Source of the DNA: Octopus vulgaris
Taxonomy: Eukaryota
Assembly (NCBI GenBank): GCA_951406725.2
Contig: OX597814.1
Span: 178,250,001-178,314,000, forward strand
DNA length: 64,000 nucleotides
Direction: 5' to 3'
The notes beneath the pieces were generated by a model. It worked only from the letters and a program-made list of their open reading frames with translations. It was not told the origin of the DNA and did no database searches. Shown one piece after another: positions 53,501 to 64,000 of the stretch (position 1 is its first letter; every line of letters begins with the position of its first letter). Position numbers and translations under genes: made by a program.

Positions 53501-53777
53501 TCAGAAAGAAAAGAAACTCTTATAAACAAACATTCTGTACTTCACGTTCGCAAATAGGTGAAATGGTATGAGAAACCGCTAAATTGAAATTAATAGGTTA
53601 GGTGGGGTAAGTGAGAAAAGGAAACGATAATACACACACAAAAAAATTAAGGAAATTATAAAAGCTATTTCTGGACTAACAATGTTACATAAATTTGATG
53701 AAGCATTTCTGCCGATAGAACCCAAGAACAAACAATTTTCTCAATTTTATATCACAACGCAAACGATATACACTCTT

Positions 53778-54030
53778 TTCGATTCCCAGACCGGGCATTG
53801 TGTGTGTGTTTTTGAGAGAAAACACCTAAAAGCTCCACGAGGCTCCGGTAGGGGTGGGTGGGGGTGGAAACCCCTGTGGTACTCTTTCGCCACAACTTTC
53901 TCTCACTCTCTCTTCCTGTTTCTTGAGTAACGCTGTGATGGACTGGCATCCTGTCCAGCTGGAGGGAACACATACGCCACAGAAACCGGGCCCATGAGTC
54001 TGGCTAGGCTTGAAAAAGGCAACGTTTATC
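53778..54030 (+). mobile_element. SINE family C (5'-truncated) with V-domain-like segment
   Basis: Shares its body with 10190-10320 and continues GCTGTGATGGACTGGCATCCTGTCCAG, resembling the V-SINE central domain. Confidence 0.75.
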
Positions 54031-54469
54031 TACGTTACATACACTCAACAATATCTACTAATTACACAACCTATGCAACAACACTTTCTATGAAACCACC
54101 AGCGAACAATAATTCACAGCATCGACTTTACACAATAAATCAACTCAACACATACTCTTACATAATAACTGTACAATATAAGACAATAATGATTCGTACG
54201 ATTCACTTTCTACGCACTTGCAACTTGTTAATATATCAGAACACACGGAACACATATGAATCAGAAATGCAACTAACATTGCACATGCTTCACCCAAGAT
54301 AGAAAACACTAAAAGCACTAGATATAACAAAATAAGTCTGATGAAGTACACAATGCTGCTTCCCTAAAGGACTATGAGTGGTGCACATACTTCATGAATA
54401 TGTAGATGAATCTATTGATGCTATAGAAACTTCAATAAATCTGATCTGTTTAAAATATGATGCAAAATA

Positions 54470-55260
54470 ATAATTCTGGTTGGAGGTTAGTAATTTTAGG
54501 GATGGACAAATCGATTATGTTGACCCCTATGCATAGTTGTTATTCATTTTATGAAAAGAAAATTTAACGTGAAAGCTTTGAAATCAGAACTTAAAATTCC
54601 TGAAAAATGCCACTAAACATTTGATTCATTGGGCTAACGATTCTGCCAGCTTGTCGCTTTTATAATAATAATTCTCTCTACCATAGGGACAAAGCATGAA
54701 ATAAGGTGCGAGGAGGACGAAGGTAGTCAATTACATCGACTCCTGTGCTCGACTTCTACTTATCTTATTGGCTCTGGGAGGATGAAAGGCACAGTCGAGT
54801 TCGGTGGGATTTGAATTCAGAACGCAAATCCAGAAAGAATGACGCTAAGTATTTTGTCCTGCACGCTAACATTTCTGCTTGTCTGTCGTCCCAATAGTAA
54901 CAATAATAATTCTTTCCATTGCAGGCCCAAGTCCTGAAATTTTGGCGAACAGAACGAGTCGCTGAATTCAGCCCCGGTGCTCGAATGATACTATATTTTA
55001 TAAGCCCAAAACTCGACGGATACTTTATTTTATCGACCCCAGTGTTCGATTGGTACTTTACTTTAGCGTACCCGATTGACGAAATTTGACCTCAAACCTG
55101 AAGAAATACCCCTAGGCATGAAATTTAAAGAAATGGGTATAGTCGGCAAAATTAACCATAGTACTTATAGAAATAGTTATACTATCGATGCCAGAATTTG
55201 ACCCTGATGGGATTTCAACAGGAATCGTAAAGGGCGGTAACTGACGACTTTGTTCTGCTG
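54470..55260 (-). mobile_element. Tandem cluster of 4-5 decayed SINE A copies
   Basis: Repeated CGATTA..T.GACCCC...TACT.ATTTTAT...GGATGAAAGGC...GATTTGAA.TCAGAAC...CTAAC.ATTCTGC blocks separated by short AAT runs. Confidence 0.7.
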
Positions 55261-55394
55261 CTACGATGAAGTGTTAACAGAATACAAAATAACATCTAAT
55301 ATGCATTTTGTATGCATTCCACCACATTGAACCTGTCTCTGTATTCCCTCTCTCTATCCTTGTCTCGATATATGTGTGTGTGTGTATGTGTGCG

Positions 55395-55425
<31 letters not shown>

Positions 55426-58400
55426 ATCTGAGTTTGTTAGCGCGCGTCTACATATCTACATACATATCATACATACATATGTACATAATACAAACACACA
55501 TACAAACGTACGTACATACATACATAAGCAAAAATTCGCGCGTGCTGCTTTAGATATGGCACATATTTAAGTCTAATGTGTGAGATTGTTTTACCCACTT
55601 AGAACGAGAGGAAAAATACTATTTATTTGCAACTAGCAGCAGCTACAACAAAAGCACGACCAACAGCTGTAGCAACAGCAGCATCATCATCATTGGTTGT
55701 AGTAGTAGTAGTAGTAGTAGTATTAGCAGCAGCAGCAGCAGCTTGCCAAAGGAACTGGAAAAGGAACTATAAACATATAGTTATAATTATGATCCTCATT
55801 GCTGTGAATATTAGTATTTAGTCCTGAGGGTAACGTTAGCCGAGAAGATGCATGATCGAAATTGCTCTACCTATGACTAGTCTGTTTTTCTGCATATCCC
55901 ATTCGAAATTTTCCAAAGTGCCTTCAATTTTTTTCAATACCAGCGTAGATGTTTTTTCTCTTGAAATCAATTATAAATGTAATGATATAAATTGTGGTTG
56001 TGACTGTGTTTACAGTGGTTCTCATTTTGCCTCTAGAACTCCAAAGTGGAATTGAAGGAAAGGATCCGTGAGAAAAAAAAGGAAAACTCATCTGATTTAT
56101 AGGAATGAAGCGAAATTATATGAAGCAAGCATAAGTTCTCGGTCTTGCCTGTGTTTTATACAAAAGATAATAGATAATGATCTATGATTATTTTCCTCTG
56201 AAAAATAAGCCACTATGCAGGATTTTAGCTATCTAGACCCAGAATTCTAAGCTGTAAGTTGAGACCTACATACATTTGAAGATTTGTGAAACATTGTTGG
56301 GATACTCGAACTGGGTTTTCTTGAATGACCTTGTGCACACAATCACGTGTGCGAATCACATACACATACACACACATACACACTCACAGGCGTACACACA
56401 CACAAACACATACACATACGCGCACAAACAACTCATACACACAAACACACACACAGACACACATATATATATAAAGAATATTGTATCTCGCACGACATGG
56501 ATGCAAGTGTAGCCACGTATGCACATACGTCTATGGACACACTTAATCATCCACATATTCACAAATCCCAGCGGGTGTCTTAACTCCAGCATAAGAATAT
56601 TATTCCTGTATCAGCGACCATATTGAATTCTGCAAAGAAGAAATTAAATAATCTCAAAGAAAAACATGCATATTCACATTCATACAAACACACATACATA
56701 CCTCCATTTTTATATATTAAGGACATTCCCAACCAAACAAACAGCAACTGCAGACATGTCTCATATAAAGCTTACTTCTAATTTCGTAATGCTCACATGT
56801 TTATTTCACCAATTTTTTTTTGTTAATAGCAATTATCGACAATATTGATGTTTTCATTGTTAATATGAAAGTCACGTCATCAAGAACTCTTTGTACTCGA
56901 GTAAATTAACGCTCCATTCCTTGCAATAACATCTGGTAGATATTCTCCAGCGCTTTTTGTTTTACTCTAACGAAAAGAAAAAAAAAGTAGTTAAATATTC
57001 TAATAATATTTGACTAATGAAAGCAGAAAAAGTACCGGTAGGTCATTGAAAATATGCACATGGCTCGTTGTAACGAAGTCTGGTACACAGTACCTGGAAA
57101 TTTTAGCATCCCTCTTTGATTCTACTTTTGAATTAGATAAAGTATCTATTTGATGGGGTTATCAGAGGAGGGAAGTAAGTAACGATGATCTATTGTTGTC
57201 ATGACTAAAAGACAGAAGAGATGACATGAAGGAGTAATAAAAAGGTTCATAAATATATTTAGTTATCCACAGGTAGAAAACATTGATTAAATGTTTGGAG
57301 CAACCGAGAGATTACAGCATAAAAACAAGAGTCTGGAATACTCGCCCACATACATTATATAGTTTGATGATCGTTCTGATGAGCGAACAACTGAAATACC
57401 CGCCATCATTGATAGGGAATTACCTTGAAGTTACAGTTCTATATTTAAGAGATGAAGTTATTTTGTTTTTTTACTGTAACGCGAATATATGCAAAACTAA
57501 AAAGTGAGACGAGGAGAGGGACTCTACTTGGTAAAGTGATATGCTAGAAAGAACAGCGAAATTTCCCATAAACCGAACCCGAACATCTTAAAAACAATAA
57601 TGAATGCTTTGATTTATTTCAGCGTACACTAATCTCGAAAAATAAGAAGAAATGCACATGGTTTAATTACGTTTGAAACAGGTTTACTCCATTTGGTTTC
57701 TATTGGTGTTGAATAACAACAGATATCATCAAAAGCAACAACAACAAAGGAGTCAATAAGGCAATCTCTGCATTGTGGTTCAACCAGGAAGTAGTAGCAG
57801 CCAGATGTCCGGAAAATCGCAAAATACTATTTTAAAGGGAAGTGTTTACAAAACAAGATTGACATAGCTTGATCATTCTGAATATAAGGTGATCGGAGTA
57901 AAGCCAACCTGGGGTTAAACAACAGCAATATTAGCAACAGATATGAACACAAATTATATAAATTTTAGAAATTATATTCAAAATGAATTAAAATTTTCAA
58001 TAAACAATATTAAATATTCAAGAAACAATATCAAATTAATTTTTGTGAAACTCCATTTTCTCCTCGTTTCCCCAATTACTTTATGTTTGAATCTTTTTGT
58101 CATTGTTGTTGGTTTAACAATTAATCAACGGTTTGCTCGTTTACGTTACATCCGTAATGATTTTACTCTATTATTTTCGATAATAACAGATATATAATGA
58201 AAGGCGTTCCAATCATGACCAGCATATCTCGATTTTAAACAACATCGTATGCACCCATTAAATCCTATCGAGATTTTCACATACATTCCGGTTCAATAAA
58301 ATGCGAAACCTATTCAGGGCAGTGGACTGTGGGGAATTTCTAGATCACTAGACATGATACCCGCATGGTATTTTTATTTCAAATCTTTATGTTCTGAGTT

Positions 58401-59302
58401 CAAATCCATCGACATCACAGCTCAGGTTTGCCTTTCGTCCATTCCTTCCAAAAAGATTAAAGTTAATTAAGTACCAGTCCAGAGTCGCATAAAGAAGGCA
58501 TTTTTAGAATGTAGGACAAAATGTACATCGGCATGTGTTCCAAATGTCTGCGTACTGAGTTCAAATACTGCGTCGTGGTTTGGTGTATGTATCCTTGGGG
58601 TAGCCGACATAATCCATTTCTCAGTTTAACCATCACATGCTACATGGATTCCGTTAGTAGGATTCACTCAGTTGCAAACATTTGGATCAGGTTTCGGTTT
58701 CAGGATAACATCGAACAATCATCTCACCTGTGTAAAATCGCCATGGGCTCTGTTCCTCCGACATTGATTAATTAATGTTTAAAAATCCAATGATTCTATA
58801 ATTTCTTTTTTGTGTGTGTGTGAGTGCGTGCGCACTGTAACTGTATAGTATTTTATGGTAGTGTATGACATGATTGTGTGTCATGAAAATACTATATAAC
58901 TACTGTAACAAGCCGGTCGTTGCCAAATTAAATGATCATGTGCTCCCCTCCATTCCTTGTTAAAATAATCCAATGGTAATATCATTCCTTCTGAGTATGT
59001 GTTTGTGTATGTGTGTGTGTGTATGTATGTATGTGCGTGTATGTGCGCGCGCACCCGCATGTAACTGTATGAGAGGATAAGATGGAGTGATTTGAGAAAT
59101 GTGTTACTGCTGTTCCACGCCGGAGCAGCACCAGGTAGAAGTTTCCACGTTAACGACTTGTTTTCTGTTATCATAGCTACACATTGCAGGTGAAAAAAAA
59201 AAAAGAAAGAGAGAAAGAAAGAAAGAAAGAAAAACATCAACAGCTAAACCTCGTTTCTCCAAAACCAGAACTAAACGGCAGTAACGTAAATAAAAATAAC
59301 AC

Positions 59303-59316
59303 CAATAATAATAATA

Positions 59317-59379
<63 letters not shown>

Positions 59380-59380
59380 G
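59303..59380. repeat. (AAT)n microsatellite
   Basis: Directly visible. Confidence 0.95.
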
Positions 59381-59786
59381 TCATTCAAGTCATGTCAAGT
59401 TGAATAAAGCTGCAGGTTTATAAATTATAGAGAGCCATGGCTTTATCGGCGAGTGTCTGTTTGCTTGCGTGTTCCATATAACGGTAGTGAGGACGAGTTT
59501 GTGCACCTATGTGTGTGAGTGTGAGTCTAGGACGGGCGGGGATCTGTGTGTGTGTCTGTATATGTTCTTAATGTGTATTTTTATACTCTGTGGTAGATAT
59601 GTGGAAATAACGCGAAACAAATAAATAAATAAATGAATGAATATATACATTAAAAATAATAATAAATGGATGCAAGAGCAAAAGCGAACCAAGTCAAACC
59701 AGACCGACCGGAATATGATCAACAAGTAGTATTACTAGTTAGTTGTCGGATGATTCTATAAGCAGTGCATTCATCGTAAGTATATA

Positions 59787-59860
<74 letters not shown>

Positions 59861-59865
59861 CATAC

Positions 59866-59926
<61 letters not shown>

Positions 59927-60085
59927 GAAAAATACAAACTGGGACATATGTATATATATGTGTGTATACATACATATATATGTGTGCGTGTACGTATATA
60001 AATACGTTATATTTGCATACTAATCATAAGTATACACACATATACACACACACTCTCATATACTCATGACCAGCATATCTCGATT

Positions 60086-60246
60086 TTTACTCTTTTACTT
60101 GTTTCAGTCATTTGACTGCGGCCATGCTGGAGCACCGCCTTTAGTCGAGCAAATCGACCCCAGGACTTTTACCCTTTTGTAAGCCTAGTACTTATTCTAT
60201 TGGTCTGTTTTGCTGAACCGTTAGAGTAAACACACCGGCATCGGTT
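60086..60246 (-). mobile_element. SINE family B 3' half
   Basis: TTTTACTCTTTTACTTGTTTCAGTCATTTGACTGCGGCCATGCTGGAGCACCGCCTTTAG...; matches 29886-30025. Confidence 0.88.
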
Positions 60247-60354
60247 ATACGTATGTATATATATATATTATATATATAAAAGTGTATATATATATGTGAG
60301 TGTGCAAAACCTTAGTACATGATTTCACTATCAATATATTTACAGTATATATAT

Positions 60355-60627
60355 ATACTCTTTTACTTGATTCAGTCATGTGCCCATGCTGTGCCACTGT
60401 GCCCATGCTGGAGCACCGACTTTAGTCGAGCAAATCGACCCCAGGACTTATTCTTTGGAAGCCTAGTACTTATTCAATCGGTCTCTTTTGCCGAACCGTT
60501 ACGGGGACACTTGCCCATGCTGCCACGTAGACACTTGCCCAAAGTTCCACGAAGACACTTGTCCAGGTGAACCGTGGAACCAAGTAGTTCGTAAGGAAGC
60601 TACTTACCACACAGCCACCCCTACGCC

Positions 60628-60630
<3 letters not shown>
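60355..60630 (-). mobile_element. SINE family B, rearranged (central deletion, triplicated GACACTTG.CC)
   Basis: Both the 3' end and the tRNA head are present, but the middle is replaced by three GACACTTG(C/T)CC units at 60505-60565. Confidence 0.85.
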
Positions 60631-60667
<37 letters not shown>

Positions 60668-60914
60668 TATGTATGTATGTATACGCGTACCACTAGCATG
60701 TATGCTTGTATATGAACGCATATAGATGCATGAGTGCGAAACCAAATAAACGACTGCATATGGTGGGAGTGTTTATATGGCACTCTATGTTAGCGTACGC
60801 GTGTGCCATCTGTATAAGTAAGTAAGTGCGCACGCAAAGAGCAAAATATCAATAAAGAAAATTCCAAGATCATTTTAAAAACAGAAGGATATTCGCCTAT
60901 ACATACACAACGAT

Positions 60915-60916
<2 letters not shown>

Positions 60917-60946
<30 letters not shown>

Positions 60947-61004
60947 TGTATGTATGTATGTATGTATGTATGTATGTATGTATGTACGTATGTATGTATG
61001 TACG

Positions 61005-61033
<29 letters not shown>
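60917..61033. repeat. (TATG)n microsatellite
   Basis: Directly visible. Confidence 0.95.
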
Positions 61034-61035
<2 letters not shown>

Positions 61036-61218
61036 CTGTTAGTTTATATGTATATATATTTATATATAGGCTCACTGTTTAACTCATAGATTCAATTTCT
61101 TGTTCTTGGGAACTCCGAAATATTAATCCATAGAGTAACATTCTCTTTTATCCTGTGTTAGCTATTACTTCTACCAAGTTTGAAGTTCTGTACATGTTTC
61201 TGTCCGTCGTTATGTATG

Positions 61219-61250
<32 letters not shown>

Positions 61251-61273
61251 CATACATATTGAGTACTGTCTGT

Positions 61274-61350
<77 letters not shown>

Positions 61351-61663
61351 TGCTTAAAATGTCATAGGACGACGAAAGGAACACACGGAAAAAATTGGCG
61401 TTGCAAACTAGACGGGGAGAGGCTCTGCCCTCATCGTCCAAAAATCATAAGTTTTGCCACATTCAAACACACATACACACACACACTCACTCACATACAT
61501 ACACGCATGTACACACATATACATAATCGATTTGTCCTTAGGTCATTATAACTTTTTATTCTGCTCGTAGTGCAGAATAAATAAGAATATTTGCCTTATA
61601 AAAAAAACAAACACTGTAAAGCACGATAATATGAACAACTTTACTAATAGTAGTAATAGTGGC

Positions 61664-61699
<36 letters not shown>

Positions 61700-61853
61700 T
61701 GTAGAAGTAGTAGTAGTAATAGTTGTTCTTGTAAATACTAAAAAATACCATTACTCTTAATATGTGTCTGTGTGTGTATATATATAGTATGTATGTGTAT
61801 ATATGTAGTATGAATGCATACGTATGCATGTATGTATGTATGTATGTATGTAT

Positions 61854-61896
<43 letters not shown>

Positions 61897-61903
<7 letters not shown>

Positions 61904-61960
61904 TAAGAAAATGAAGAAAAACAGAAAAAACAACGCGAGGACGTGGTACATGAAATAATA
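61897..61960 (-). mobile_element. Extreme 3' end of the 33150/37695 PLE pseudo-LTR family
   Basis: CAACGCGAGGACGTGGTACATG is the reverse complement of CATGTACCACGTCCTTGCGTTG (33285-33306), with 1 mismatch; it abuts (TA)n. Confidence 0.75.
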
Positions 61961-64000
61961 CTCTCTCTCACACACACATATTTACGCGTGGGTATGTGTA
62001 TACATATATATATATATATATATATATAGGTATGAATGTGTGTGTATATATACATATATATATATATATACTTACAAATCTATGTATATACAAATATTTA
62101 TATACTAACAAATCTGTATATGCATGTGTGTGTGTGTATATATATGTATATATAAATGTATAAATATCTATGTATAAATATATTTATGTATATATACATA
62201 TATATATACATGTATATATACGTATGTATATATGCATATATATGTATAAATTGTTTATATTGTCACCGACAAACTATAGTATTAATAATACATACCTGTG
62301 TATAATATATATACATACATTCACATATATAGTATACGAAATATGATACATATATATATGTATATATATATACATAGTGTGTGTGTGCATGTGTATAGAA
62401 ACACATATCATTTACAATCGTCATTATTTATCACTGATAATAACAACAATTGTTAACATTTGGTATAGAAAACCACCATGTACGGTTCCTCAGTCTGCTA
62501 GAAATGGTAACAAAATCTCCCTGAAATTACATCCAATCGGGAATAAAGAAAAAAACGAACACACTGGATCATGATGTTCTCGTTGTAGAAAGCTAAGAAG
62601 AAATATTGAATGATCACACGGGGAAATGCCTTTGATATATTACGCAGGTATGTTTTCAATCAGGATCGATGAGAGGAGCAGTAATCAACGCTACTAAGCA
62701 AAAATAACAAAAAAAAAACAAAAAACAAACAGCAATTAACATTCACAATAACATCAATAAATCCAATAATGATAGTGTTAATTATAGGTAATAATGATAA
62801 AGTTGAGATCTGTATAGGAACAATAACATAAATAGTATTATCGCCAAAATATTAGGGGAGCCGTCTGAATGAGAAAGCGAAACCTACCGTGTTGGACGGT
62901 TGGGCGTTCAGTTTCATCTATTTGAAGATGTCTTGTTTGTTTTAAGCTTTATATCGCTGCCTATCTCTATGTACGTACGTGTGTATGTGTTGTTTAAGAA
63001 TGTATTGTGTGTGTGTAAGTATGTGCGTGTGTGTGTGTGTGTGTGTATGGCTGTGTATGTACGTGCGTGTGTTTAGGTATATTCGTGTACATTTAGGTAT
63101 GTGAGAAACTGTATGCGTACGTGTCTATGTATCTGTGTATGTACACGTGTGTGTGTATGTTGAGTTGTTATTATATGTACATACATCTATGCGTGTATAT
63201 ATATATATATACCTACGTGTGTATGTGTGTAGGTGTTAGTGGGCCTCTATGTTTGTGTGTGTGTGTGTGTGTATAGGTGTGTTAATGTATGCATGTGTTG
63301 GTGTTAATGTGTGCGTTTAGTTTTCTAGCTGTTCTTCTCCGGCATTTTGTGTTTTTCATAGACACCGTATATTATGCACGTATGTATATATATATATGTA
63401 TGTATGTATGTATGTGTGTGTGTGCAATATACATGCCTATGCATGCACGTGTGTGCATAGGCGGCTATTGGTGTTAACGCAGATTTACGTGTGTCTGTAT
63501 GTCAGCTTGTACTGTACGTACGTGACTGTGTGTGTATGTGTGTGTTGGCGTGTTCTTTGTTGTTGTCGCTGTTGCTGCTGCTGCTGGCGGCGGCGGCGGC
63601 GGCGGCGGTGATAGTGGTGGTTGTGGTGGAGGTAAAGTCGGTAAAGGAACGAAGGAGGTGTTTTCCATCATGTTTTCCTTGTATTTTTATCTCTCCTTAT
63701 CACTATGTATGTACGTCTGTATGTATGTATTTACATACGTCTGTATGTATGTATTTACATACGTATGTATGTATATTTGAATCGATGGATAGAAGGATGG
63801 TAGCATGTGTATGTGTTGAATGCGTATGCGTATTATTACTTATATGTATCGTATCTGAGCATGTGCGTGTGTGCGAATTATAAAGCGTACGTATATATAT
63901 ATATTTATATGTGTGCATGTAGTAATATATATGAGTCCGTGTGTGAGTGCTTGTATGTAAGTGTGTGTTTAAATGAATGCATGTTGGGATGCTGCTGGTG

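Noticed and set aside
62862-62912. CTGAATGAG-AAAG-CGAAAC followed by a hairpin, hammerhead-like
   Set aside because: There is an extra base in the core, essentially no stem II, and no NUH site correctly placed with a stem I.
63565-63635. GC-rich (GCT)(GGC)(GGT) run suggesting a poly-Ala/poly-Gly exon or promoter
   Set aside because: It is embedded in TG/TATG microsatellites with no supportable exon boundaries or CpG island.

Overview
Eukaryotic, AT-rich, microsatellite-saturated non-genic (intergenic or intronic) DNA. The SINE families, the (TA)n/(AAT)n density and the retroelement mix suggest an octopus/coleoid cephalopod genome; this is inference, not verified. I can support no host exon, and nearly all listed ORFs are translated microsatellites. 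The main contents are: (1) one young, 5'-truncated Penelope-like element (PLE, Neptune-type, open RT + Cys-linker + GIY-YIG) at 42208-44768, inserted in (TA)n, with a hammerhead-like motif in its 3' pseudo-LTR; (2) many short PLE 3' ends from several families ending in (TA)n, several with minimal hammerhead ribozymes (HHR), one as a fold-back palindrome and one with a 39-bp hairpin that masks the core; (3) a head-to-tail stack of seven R4/Dong-like (RLE) LINE 3' fragments in (AAT)n at 23035-28455, plus two long decayed relatives; (4) RTE and old PLE relics, at least four tRNA-derived SINE families, a mariner-type MITE and a 5S rRNA-derived pseudogene; (5) several TSD-less templated insertions and local duplications. 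Coordinates of decayed relics are approximate.
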